From positions 1,984,001 through 2,048,000 of the forward strand of contig CM120642.1 of NCBI GenBank assembly GCA_051362555.1: 64,000 nucleotides of DNA, written 5' to 3'. Below the pieces are notes generated by a model. It worked only from the letters and a program-made list of their open reading frames with translations, was not told the DNA's origin and ran no database searches. Source of the DNA: Lingula anatina. Taxonomy: Eukaryota; Animalia; Brachiopoda. Below, in pieces: positions 36,601 through 49,800 of this stretch. Made by a program: the position numbers and the translations under genes. Position 1 is the stretch's first letter; each line of letters opens with the position of its first letter.

Positions 36601-39600
36601 TACGTGGTCACGTGGTCCGATGACGACAATCATGCCACCCGGCGGAGCTGTCATACTCAGCTGCACTGTCTACCTGTAAGATGACTTTTCTGGCTTCTGA
36701 TAAAAGTTTATATTCATTTAAATATCTTACCCGAGGGGTCTAAATCCTCGTGAAGCTGTGTAAAACCATTTCCCGTCTATTCAATTCTTTAACAAGCATT
36801 TAATTATGGTTATCCCAAGCTGTGTAAAACACTGCATTTGAATCACTTAAGGGTACTGTTGATTATTCCATATGAGGTCCATGTTATTTGTGAAATTCAA
36901 TTTATTTTATTAACTGACACCCCGTCTTGCATACTTTTATTAAACTGAAGTAAACAATGCCTGTTATCTTTACAAGTCCTATCTTAATCATCCATCTAAC
37001 TGGAACTTCTTTTACCTCTTAATTAGAGGTTTAAATGGCATTCAATTCTCCTGTAGCCTTTGTCTTGCGAGTATCGAACGCACTCTCGCTGGCGATATTT
37101 ATCTCAGGTAAAAATCTACCTGTGCGTTAGTTTCAAAGAGCAGCTCCCGCAGACCTGGGGGTACTAGATCAAATCTGAACCCCAGGTTTATTGATGAGCT
37201 AGAGAAACAAAGGAAGAATTTTTCCTACATAGCTTCATAGGAATTTTAACACGGACTTGATCCAGCTTAAACCTCCAAACTAACAGGGTGATATTGGCAA
37301 TTTTCACAAAAAAATAATAAAACTATATTTCAGTTAGCCTCCTTTTATATAAATATACCGCTCTGGGTAAATTAGAATATTTATTAAATCGCGAGAATAT
37401 TTTTGACTTAAATGATTTTATTATTAATGGAAATTAAGCTACTATATGTGGTGCATTTGCTGTGATTACGCTGTCCTTCATGTTTTGTGTTAGTCTACAT
37501 TTTGCTGTACGTTGGAATTTTTAAAAATCTGTGCGTACAATTTTTGCAGGTCTGGTTACGCCCCTGTTATGTGATGAAAGTCTAAATTTGGCAATTAGTT
37601 CCTTAGCTTATATCTTAATAGAATTGCAGTGTAAAATTTTCAACAAGATGTTGGTGCAATAGCCCTTTACTCTTTGTGGATATTTTCCCGTCAAAGTTTG
37701 TCTAAAATTATTTTTCAAGCTTTACTGTTTCAAGGACAGTATAAAGTTATCTGACATATTTTCGTGAAAACTTAATGACAAGCCAAGTGTCTCCAGTTCA
37801 TTCCGTGCTCAATTTTACCCAAGCAAATTTTTTTCTTGAGTAGATCTTTATAGCACGCTGTTATAATACAATTTTTCGAAGAGGGGATTTAAATCAATTA
37901 AAAAATATTGTAGCTTCATACTTAAAAGAATTGGGTATCTCGCGCTTTTCATAATGTACTAAGTTATGTACAATGAACTAAGTTATCAGTAGTGCTCTTT
38001 TTTACACCCAACATTTATTTTTGAAATCCGTATGTGCCTTTCAGTATATCCCCTACCAGGTTAAATCTCCATGCATAATTAAAAATATACAAACGTACGT
38101 AAAACTGCACATTTAGTAAACACATTAAAGTAATGATTTTTTTCCATGCTACTAGAAGCAAACAATGCTCTTTTACCTTGATCTGCTTCATGTTTTTGGG
38201 TTTGACAATTAAGCTAACAAATTTGCAAAAAGTTTTACGTACAAACGCAGAACTTGCGTTTCAAGTTATAAAATGATAAATCATTTAAATTATTTAATAT
38301 TTCAGATGAAATAACCTTCAGAAACAAATCCTCAAAGCATAAACGAATTAGGATTACAAACCATTTTATTACAGCAGTTCCCATTTTTTCTTGAATAAAC
38401 CGCTCTTTTTCCTGTATTTCCTCAACACGTTTTTGTGTTTGAACTCAATTGTTTAAATATTGATATTTAACGTCATTTACAAATACCAATAAAATAACCC
38501 CATGAAATAAATGAGATATATTGAAAAATATGAAAGCCCACCAAGACGAGTTTGATACATGTTATTACCTGGCTTGGGAAGTGCAGCGGTGCATAATTAA
38601 CAGGTTTTGTTGTTAACGAGCTCTTGGTCAACTACAATGCATTTAAAGCCTCGGTCACAACCGGCCGCACGGGCTCTTACGGGCTGTTTGCGTCCAAATT
38701 TTGTGCAGAATCTCACGTCCCACGCAAGGCCTTCTTACGCAATTTCGAGTTCGCGGACAGCCCGTAAGCACCTACGGAGGATGTTGGACATGTCCAAAAG
38801 ATTCTACGAATAGCATGCGAACAGCGAGGCCGCAAGCGTAACTTGCTCCCTTCGCACGGAGTTAGCAAGAGAGACGCGCGTTGTGCAAGACGCACGTCGC
38901 AAGCAATGAAGGAGCAAGTGCCCTTTGCTAGTTGAGTGCCCTTTGCGCCCTTTGCGCCCTCACGAACAAAGTCGAAAGCACACCGGAAATGCGTCGCACT
39001 TGCGTCACCCCAACGCCTGGTGTATAAAAGGCGTGCTCACGACGCACGCTCGTGTCTTTACAATGAATGTCGACTTTGTAACGTGAACAACAATTTTCAA
39101 AATTTTCAAATTTTTGCTCAGTTTAGCTTCTAATATGCCTCCAAAAGGCAAGAGAAAGAAGCTTACATAGTAGAAAAAAGCGAGGAAGAAGAAAGAAGAG
39201 GAGAACAGGAAGCAAAACTGACGTACGCCGTCAATACGTCACCACAAACGTGTGAGGCAAGTGTCAGGCAAAATTGACCCAAAAGGGCACTACTTTCGCC
39301 GTGCGTTGCATTCCCTTCGTAAGTGGTAAGTGTGTGCCACGTACACAGTAAGCAAGACAAACTCAAGAAATGAGCATCATTTCCACGACCACCGCTCCTT
39401 GCAGCTAACGTCCCAGCCTGAAAGGACATCTCATGTGGCCCTTGCGACTCGCAAGGCAGACTTTCCTCTTCCTCTACGACCTTCACGGCCTCCGCAACCC
39501 CCAAAAATCGCAGGGGACGTACGATCCTGAAATTCGTGCGTCCGGTTGTGACCGAGGCTTTAAATGCATCAGCAATTAGTAAGCTTGCCAACTGATGACA

Positions 39601-42600
39601 GTTAATCTGAAAGACTATCAGCTTTTGATATGATCTAAACCACCTGATGTGACCATGATTTCGAGCATCGCAACTATTGTCATCAAAGTTAGTAAGTAAG
39701 TCACGGAAGACCGTCACAGACAAAGAAAAGATTGTCAACGAGTGCTGCAATTTTGGTGAATCCCACGGCAACACACTGGCAACACACTGAACTCCGTTCA
39801 ACACAAACTTCTCTGCCTGTATGCACCATGCAGCTCAGTTGAGTCTCATAGGCCTTTATCCTCATTGTCGTCACAGTACCACGTGACCCATATCTGTTGC
39901 TTCATTTATGCATATTGAGATGAGGTTTACTAAAACGCTTTTTTTTTCTACTAATAGATTGTTTTTATAATTTTTAAATGGCGGGGATCGATTAAAACAT
40001 ACCTCTAGTGTAAAGATTGAGTGCTGAATCCTCAGAATCCGAGAAATGGATTTTTATGTGTCTCAAATCCTTTAAATTAATGGTTTCTTGATATAGCATG
40101 ATTACGCTCAAATACATTGTAAAAAGTCAAAACATTGTATTGACTTTTACAAAGCTTGAGAATGAAAATGAGAAGGATTGTATTAAGGCCCAAAACTATA
40201 GGGACACACTATAAATGACTTAAATATATCATTAGAATACATTAGTGACAAATCCTTCTAAGCTAATGAACGAGATCAAATAAAACGTGATAAACCACTA
40301 ACTGATTGTTACTTTTTATCCACTTTGTGCTTTATAGCCCATAAGGTGTCCCCTGATATCGTTTCAAACCATTTAAAAAAATTGTGAGTGTAGTTGATGT
40401 TTAAAGATCTTGCGAAAAAAGTCTACAATAATGCAATAATTTGTCATAAACATTACGGTGTTTTGAGAGCAGATTTATTCCTCTGGTACAGGGTCGCATT
40501 CTTTTTTGACGTTCATAAAATAGACAAAGGGATTTTAATAATAGATGCAAGATTAAAATTATCCATAATATTTTGCAATGTTTTGATTGTTGCACATAGT
40601 TTGTATGCATTGCTTGAAAAGAGATTTCAGTGTGTTTGAATCACAAATGTATCATATTGATCAAAAGGGAAACATTTCATTTCAAGGTTTAATGTGAAAA
40701 GGAAAAGCACTGTTCAGCAGATGGAAGACACACACACACAATGACTTAAATATATCATTAGAATACATTAGTGACAAATCCTTCTAAGCTAATGTACAAG
40801 ATCAAATAAAACGTGTTTAACCACTAATTGGTTGCTACTTTTTATCCACTTTGTGCTTTGTAGCCCATAAGGTGTCCCTCGATAGCGTTTGAAACCATTT
40901 CAAAAAATTGCGAGTGCAGTTTATGTTTAAAGATCTTGCGAAAAAGTCTGCAATAATACAATATTTTGTCGTAAACATTACGGTGTTTTGAGAGCAGATT
41001 TATTCCTCTAGTACAGGATCGCAATCTGTTTGACGCCCATAAAATAGACAATGGAATTTTAATAATAGGTGCAAGATTAAAATTATCCATAATATTTTGG
41101 GATGTTTTGGTTGTTGCACGTAGTTTGTATCCATTGCTTGAAAAGAGATTTCAATGTGTTTGATTCACAAATGTTTCATATTGATCAAAAGGGCAACATT
41201 TAATTTCATGCTATAAAGCGCGCGCACACACACACCTTTTTGTCCATCCAAGCCTTTTTTTAGACAAATCTAAAATGCATTGCTAGGTAATTCTATTGCT
41301 GTGCGTACGACTGAGACATGAACACTTCAAAGCTTTAACAAAGCTTTAACCATAAACAAAACAGAAATTTCTTTGAATTAATGGCTTCTTGATGTAGTAT
41401 GCTTACAGTACTCTCGAAAACAAGGTAAAAAAAATCAAAACATTGTGTTGACCCCTACAAAGCTTTAATGTGAAAAAGAAAAGCACTGTATTAACTCAAA
41501 ATAACTGGAAGGCACACTTACAAAAATATATCATTAGGATGCCTTAATGACAAATTCCTCTAAACTAATGAGCAGGACCATTTAAATGTGTAAAACAACT
41601 AATTGATAGTTACTTTTTATCCTCTTCGTGCCATATTGTTTATAAGATGTCCCCGATGTCGTTTCAGACCATTTTCAAAATTGCGAGCGTAGTTTATGTT
41701 TAAAGATCTCTAAATAAATAGTAAATATGACGGCGTTTTGGAAGAAGGTTTATTCCATTGATTCAATCTTCTTGTCCATAAAATAGACAATTGTTAAAAC
41801 AAAGAACAGAAATTTTATTAAATTAATGGCATCACTGTTGTTGTATGATTACGCTAAAATGCACTGTAAAAAATCAAAACATTGTATTAACTTCTACGAA
41901 GCTTTAATACGAAAATGAAAAGGATTGTTTTAACGCCGAAAACAATTGGAAGGCACATCTACAAAAAAAATTGCTTAAAAACATCAGTGGAATCCCTAAG
42001 TGACAAATCCTTCTAATCAAATGAACGAGATCAATAAAAAGTGTAAAACCACTAATTGATTGTTACTTTTTCACCTCTTTGTGCCATAAGGTCTGTAGGC
42101 TAAGGTGTCCCCGATGTGGTTACAAACCATTTCCAAAATTGCGAGTGTAGTTTATGTTTAAAGATCTTGTGAAAAAAGTGTGCAATAATACAATAACATA
42201 TCGTAAATTTTACGGCGTTTTTGGAGCAGATATATTCCTCTGGTACAGGCTCCAATTGTCTTTTAATGTACATAAAGAAGTCATTGGGATTTTTATAAGA
42301 GATACGAGCTTAAAATTATCCATAAAATATTGTGAGATGTTTTGATTGTAGTTTGTATGCATTGCTTGAAGCGAAATCTCAATGTTTGTTATTCTCAATT
42401 GTATCATAATTGTATTTAGCGCTATATAAAGCACACACATGCGCACGAGCCTGTCTTTGTCCCTCAAAGCCATTTTGATGAGACATATCTGAAATGCTCT
42501 GGTAGGTTGTTCTAGATCAGTGCGTGAGATCCAGAAATTAACACAGCAAAGACACTGGTTTGTTGCCAATGTTTGTCATTGTAGGCAGAATACAAAGTTG

Positions 42601-43810
42601 CAAAGATAGACAAAAGAATAGAGAATCTCATTAATTTAACACCTTCATTGTTGCAGTAATATTTAGCTCAAATATATTGTGAAAAAATCATGCTCAATAA
42701 CGTATTTGTTTCCACAAAGCTTAAATTTGAAAACGAGTAGCACTGTTTTCACAACAAAAAACTATTGGATGGCACACCAAAATTGACTTAAGTCAATCAT
42801 TAACATACATTAGGGTACATATATATATATATATGGTGCAGACCCAGTGTGTTTTTGTTTGGGGGATAGGTCTTTATTGATGATGCCCTTATATTGACAG
42901 TCTCATCAAATAATTGTTCGTTTTATTTAAATCAGAATAATGATGACATTCATAATTGAAATGATAATTATCTTCAATCACAGAGCAGATTCGGATAATG
43001 CACTGAAATAAAAACCGAACTGATATGAAAACACTGAAATGTTCAGTGAATTGAAATCTTCACTGAAATCTGTCTATACAATCCTGAGCGTAATTGTATC
43101 TTCACCTCTAAACGTATAACTCTGTCTGACTGTTTAGATAACGGTTAATTCATGTGCAACAATTGATTTAACTTAATGCTGCCGTTTTGTCGAATGCAAA
43201 ATTGCGTAAGTCATTTCCGTTTGCATTGTTTATTAATAACAGCGGTCAAGGACACAAGAGAGGGTGCGCCAATTAGATTGCTCCCACTCATCACATCATA
43301 CATATACCATATTGGCCTGGAATGTGAAGTTAATGGATCCAAAAGAAATTACTTTGGATCATTTGTGGTTCTTTTTAATATTTTACGCTACCAAAAAATG
43401 GAATAGCATGCTCATTTCTAAACGGACTCCTGGACTAATATGAAAAGATATACTTATGTTTGTCGCAAATATGACGGATTGTCTTTCCTAGAATCAATTG
43501 TGTCACCAACTGGACATAATTTAGGCGGAAAAGGTGCCTGTACAGCCCACACGCCTGACATATTAACTCGTAATTGTGAATTATGACAATTCAAACTTTA
43601 AAAATCGCACAAAATTTGCGCAAAATTCTATCAATTATTTTGTTTCGCTCAGTTTTTTCTATATTTCCTGTTACAGTCAAATCCGCTCCGCTCCGACCAG
43701 TCAAGTAGAATTGCTGTGTGTAAAACATGGCCGTGCACGGAGAACACTCGCTGCCGTGAAGATTGCACCAGCGGAGAGGCTGTCTGTTTGGGTGAGAATT
43801 ACTTTTCACC

Positions 43811-43852
<42 letters not shown>

Positions 43853-46800
43853 GTTTATTGAGCACTTAATGATGTGAATACATGTGCAGGCTCTCTAGAC
43901 TACAATATTTACACAATATATATGGATATACAATTATATATGTTTACGTATGTAGTATGTTAAATAACACGTGTTGATGCAATTTATGCTATAATATTAA
44001 TTAATTAAGCTATTCACAGCATTATTGACAGTAAGTGGCTGTGATATACTAGATTTCAGGTGAAATATGTATTTTAACAGCAGTCTTTACAAATTCTGCT
44101 ATTACTTTGAGACTTTTATAACAGGGTGGATTAAGGAGAATTGACAATATCTGATCACTGTCATCTATACCCACTACACTGATTTTCAGTAGTTCATCAT
44201 GCATATTGGAAAGGGAGGGAAGTTGTTGTATTTATTCCATGTTGGTAACCGTAGTGAGGCATTGGGTTTCCATTAAATAGTGTGTTTTGCATGACCCTTC
44301 TAGAGCAACTCCTGTTGAATCAATAAATGATAAAGAGAAATTAAGTTGGTTGGACTGGGCTTACGACTTGCATCTTCTGCCAACCGATGCAATCTGAAGT
44401 ACTGAACAGTTTTTTAAACTTACTACGTGAACCTAAAGCGAGGAGGAACGATTTTTTTTTTTGCTCAAATGGAGCCACCAATCGATCCATGAAGGTATAG
44501 TGTATACAACATATTGTGCTTTAAATATCAAAATAGCAACAAGAACAAAGAACTAATGGGTATAATTTGTAATTTCATTAGGAAGTGGGAAAGATTGCGA
44601 CGAAGCACCGGTGACCAACATTCATTACGAAGGTTACGAGAGCAGCTTTTCAGGCGTAAACGCCAACGGCCCGGTAAGTGTTTGTGTGAACTAAGAGAGC
44701 AAAAAAAGTTCACTCGCTTTGTTTGGTATACAATGGCTAAAGCAAAAATAAAAATGATAAAAAAGAACATAGGAAAAAGAAAGAAACAAAAATTACATTT
44801 AGATCGGGAAAGATCACACACTCCTGCAGACACTCAGTCAGAGATTACTGTAACGGGGCCGGTGCGGTTGTTTGGCGTGTGCGCGGAGGTTCGTAAGAAT
44901 GACACAACAGTCTAGGATAGGTTTCCCTATTAATACAGTTTATTACTTTAACCCGTTACATATACAGGGTCATCTAGCTCAGGTAGGCACAGCGCTACGG
45001 TAAGACAGTGACCCAATCGTTCCCTCGATCCAGGCTCTGGTTGACCCGGCCGTCCTCAGTCCTCAGTCTCCCTCTCGTGCTCTCGGCGTTGCTGGTCACT
45101 CTGACGTCCCTGGGATCGGTCTAGCGTTAGTTCTCCGGTGTTGAAATCGGGACGCCCTTTATACTGAATTTTGAGGGTGAGGTCACTGTTTACCGTGCCT
45201 GATGGTGACAGGATAATTCTCTTTATATAAACAGTTACTAGTTATACTGGCTACTTGGCCTTAAACTTCTATTCTATATTACGCTCGTTGATAAAACAAT
45301 ACTTTCACCCGTAATTGATGATTAATAAACATAATACTGGGCACTTAATATAATATATGTGCGGCCCTTCGAATGTATAACCTTATAAGGCTCGATGGTC
45401 ACATTTGCATCTCCAGTTAAGGTAGCACCGTCCAACACCGACTTTCAAGATAGCTTAAGATTTCTCTGTACCTTTGAGAGATTAAAGGATAATCACTTGG
45501 AATTGCTCTTGCAGAAAATCCGAGATAAAAATAGAGATGACAGCGGTGTGACTAATATATTCACAGGAAGCCAGGTGTGGCATTGGTCTATTACACAGAA
45601 GTTTTAATTACTAAATGTTATGTAAAAGCTCATCTTGCTACCAACTGCGTTACATTACTTTTCTATTGCAGGCTTTCAGACATACTCATAAATGAAGTCA
45701 ACCTGAAATTCAAAATACATAACTTCTGGTACTCTCCATACAATGATGTACTACATTGGCCGTCCGGAAACCTCAGGCCAGCAACCAGTTTGAAAGTTCG
45801 CTAGAATGCTTATATTTAAAAATAAAAATAAAAACAAGGCTGCCATTCAGAAGTTGCCGAAAATTATAAAGGCTATCAGTAATTGCTAAAACTCAAAGAT
45901 TGCCCAAATTAAATCTTAGATTTTCAGTGCGTGTTTTTTCCATTCTTCAACATTTCTTTCTGATAGATAGACACTAGTCCTTATACGCAATTTAAAGTCA
46001 AGGAACGTCGTTTCTGTGAGAGATTGTGTTACCATTGTTCGTCGTCCAGAAATGATTTTGCCAATGTCTCATATCAAGTTCGATATATGTATCTTCCAGA
46101 GCTACACATACGTAAAGCAACAGTCCAGCACCGGGCTTCGAATTTCCTACAGTGGAACAATCCGCGCCGCCACAGGGTGTAACGGTTGTGCCTCTGGTTT
46201 CTACTTCACGATTAACGGGGCAGAATGTTCCAACCCAGGCACCATCGAATTTGTGGAGTACCATGCCTCGCGCCGATACAATGACGGGCACGAATCATGT
46301 AATTATATCTAGTCATAATATAAATTGTTTTAATGCATTATCAGAAAGTGTGTTTCTCGGAGATTTTGTTGTCTGTTAAGAAGTCAAAATGCATCTATCC
46401 TTTAAATGTGAACGTACACTAGTCTTGAATTTTATTAAGTGGAAACGCTACTTAAGAAATGCAATCTTATATGATGTATTTTTCGACCCATTTCAATTTT
46501 TACCGTGGTCGGTGTTCTGTTTTAACGCCATTCTTTTCAATATTTTCTCAGTCTCTGGTATTTGCTGGGGAATTGCTGCAGGTAATGTCACCATACAGAT
46601 ACACATCAGAGACCGGGGTGGCGGGGCGAACGCTAGGATGGGATGGAACTCATACGGGTATTTAGCATCTGAGGAGATAGGACCAACCGGCACTGGTAAA
46701 TTAAGCTGAATATGCACGTTTTCATGATTGTCATAACAGATTTTCAAGTTTGATTCTTGATTCAGCACAACCTTTTTTATTTATTTTTCATGGTAGTGCA

Positions 46801-49800
46801 AGAAAATTTTTTTCTAGCTTTCGTTATTTTCAACACACACTCGCTCGCACGGACGATAATTGCTCTTGTGAAAAGTGCCTAATAAGCATAAATATTAATT
46901 TTTTTCATCAGGGTCATGTGATTCATACACTTTGTTCAACGTTAAAGAGTTTACCCTCCACCAGGAGATTTCAACACGAGATGAAAATGCATACATGGTA
47001 TGTAAAGACTCAGCGTTGTGATTCTAGAAATCGAAGGATGCAAAAATAAAAGCAAATTTATAATAATATAAAATAATAATATATTATTATAATAATACAT
47101 ATGCCAAATATACGCATGAATCATGTTGCTGTCAAAAAAGTTGTTGGTGATGTCAGTATAGGCCTGTGACGACGTTACTGACTTTGACTTACTGGTGGCG
47201 CGAGGTAATAACTAAACAATTCCATGTTTTCCTATATTCTTTATTATCGCTTTCTAACTACGCTGTCTACAGTTTATTCCTCTCCGTTCAACCTCTTACA
47301 TCGTTCTCCCGTCCATTATTCGCTTAAGTACAGTAAGGTCGTGTCAATCAACTAAAGTAACACTACAAAACACTCCCCGCTCTTATTCGCTGCATGCTGT
47401 CACTTACAGGTACTAACGTTACATTATCTCCCGGGGACGATATGCCTGTCCTCAGGCATATTTAAAATCAAAATATACATTATTGAAATAAACTTCCTTA
47501 AACACTGCATTTGTCTTTTACCATAAATTCATGCAAAACAAAACTAAGTACATAGATTTTGCATTATAAACCTACAATAAGATAGAAATGCATTTGACAT
47601 GAAACCCCAAATATAACTTAAAGGAAGATAGATTGGTAAATTTTTATGAAAATACAAATGTTCGTGGATATATTTCGTATTGGCATTTACACCTTTTAAT
47701 GTGCGGCCCAAGAGCAGAGATATTTTTATTTGTTTAAATCTGTTACTCTCTTATTATGGCTCTGACACGTATTCATATGCGGTTTCTCTCTGTCGTTTGT
47801 CATTTTAGATATTGATGGAGTGCACTACGTGAGACAATAGGGCCGATCGCTCCCTGTCCAATGAACAGCAGTCACCACAACGTTGCGACCAGCGCATCGT
47901 TCATGATGAAGTACTTGTTCATCATCATATTTGTCCACACTGTAGCGCTCTCTTTTGATGGCTATAAGAGAAACAATCGTTTTATATCAAACCCAATCCA
48001 CGATTGAACAAAAACAAACCGAAAAATAATTAAGTAAGGATCTTCCTTAATGCATATCATCAGTTTCACGTCTTCATCTTTGCAAAAGCTAAGTACACTG
48101 TACCTGTACCAATAATCGTATAGTTAAATATCAATAACTAATAATTATAAGACCGACAGGCTGAATATAGATATACTTTTCATAAGTCACGTATTTAATA
48201 TTCAGTGCACAATACTTAACATTTTCTTATAACCACATGCAATAACATTTGACGCAAAGTTAACCAATAGAATCTTAAGTTCATTTCCCACAAATGAATA
48301 GTTCCATTTGGTATGGTCCGTTAAATCCTCCATTTTGAATTTTAGCACGAAAGTTCAGTTAGCATATAATGTCAAATCCGTCCTTCTAGACAATGCATAG
48401 CGATTGTCATCTGCCACTCACTGTATATGGATAAACGTCTTATTCGCGTACGTTGGCATACGTGTAGATAAATGTTCACAGTTTCCTGTATATCCACGAA
48501 TGTCCATGTACATCATCATCATCATTTAGAGCCTATAGTGTTCCACTGTTGGACGAAGGCCTCAGCATGCTTTTTCCATTGTTTCCTATCCTGAGCCTCA
48601 GATTTCCAGTTTGGCCAAGGTTTCTTCTTCCAAGACTTCCAGTAGTCATCTAATTCATCCCTCCATCGTTTGACCGGCCTTCCTCTTTTTCTTTGTCCAT
48701 ACCTTGGGGTCCATTCTGTAAGCCTGATTGTCCACCTATTGTCCTTCATTCTTTTGACATGTCCTGCCCACCTCCATTTCATTTCTTTAACTGTGAGCAG
48801 TACGTCCTTAACTTTGGTCTGTTCACGTAACCATACATTCGTTTTCCGCTCTCTTGGATTGATGTTCAACATAATTCTTTCCATCTTTCTCTGAGCTACT
48901 TGTAGCTTGTGTTCCATGGAGGCATTCAGTGCCCAGGTCTCTGAACCATAGGTGATTGCCGGCAGCACACAAGCATTGAACACTTTCTTTTTCAGGCAGG
49001 TAGGAAGGTTGCTCTTGAAGATGTCACTGTGCTTCCCATATGCTGCCCATCCTGCTTTTATCCTTCGTTGGATTTCTTTCTCCAGTGTTCGATCACTAAG
49101 GCTGAACCGTTGCCCAAGGTATATATACTCTTCCACTGCGTCTATCTCTTTGGTGTTGACTTTCACTGTGCAAGGGGTGGTTAGTGGTCCAAACATCACC
49201 TTTGTCTTGCTGGTGTTCATCTTTAGCCCACTTTTTGCGCTTTCATCTGCTAACGCCTGTAGCATTTCTTCGAGGTCTTTTGCATCATCTGCTACTATTA
49301 TGATATCGTCTGCAAACCTAAGGTGATTGAGCCTGGTACCGTCTATGTTTATGCCCTTGTCCTGCCAGTCTAGATCCCTGAATATACGTTCCAATGCTGC
49401 TGTGAACAGTTTAGGAGAGATTGTATCTCCTTGGCGTACACCTTTCATGATCCTGATCTTATTGGTGGTCTTGTGTAGTTTGACTGTTACAGAGCTATCG
49501 GTGTATATGTCTCTGAGGACGTCTATGTATCCATCTTCGATCCCTAGATCTTGCAGGGATGCCAGTATATACTGGGTTTCTACTTAGTCGAAGGCTTTTT
49601 CATAATCAATGAATGCTACACATAGTGGAATGTTATACTCGAGACATTTCTCTTTGAGCTGGTTGACAGTGTGCATATGATCAGTAGTGGTGTACTGGCC
49701 TCTGAAACCTGCTTGTTCCTTTGGCTGCACTTCATCTAGTTGTCTTGTTAGCCTTTCGGTCAATATTTTGGTGTAAATCTTGTACAAATTAGATAGTAGG

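Larger units (their letters stand above)
30050..42810. repeat. Degenerate tandem (satellite-like) array, ~0.6-0.8 kb units, about a dozen full or partial copies
   Basis: Recurring GCAAAATACAAAGCTTCAACGATAAACAAAAGAACAGAAATTTCATTAAATTAATGG and GACAAATCCTTCTAA blocks near 30170, 32390, 32985, 33760, 34400, 34990, 35800, 36390, 40080, 41340, 41800, 42590, with a variable (CA)n tract in most units. Confidence 0.88.

Noticed and set aside
39163-39804. 213-aa minus-strand ORF
   Set aside because: Crosses the boundary of a nested TIR element and has no recognisable motif; probably a chance ORF in GC-richer TE DNA.
32000-42600. Recurrent similar short ORFs (MFKDLAKKVYNN...) suggesting a repeated gene, or a CRISPR-like array
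   Set aside because: They come from satellite units with inconsistent frames and stops; there is no repeat-spacer structure and the DNA is eukaryotic.
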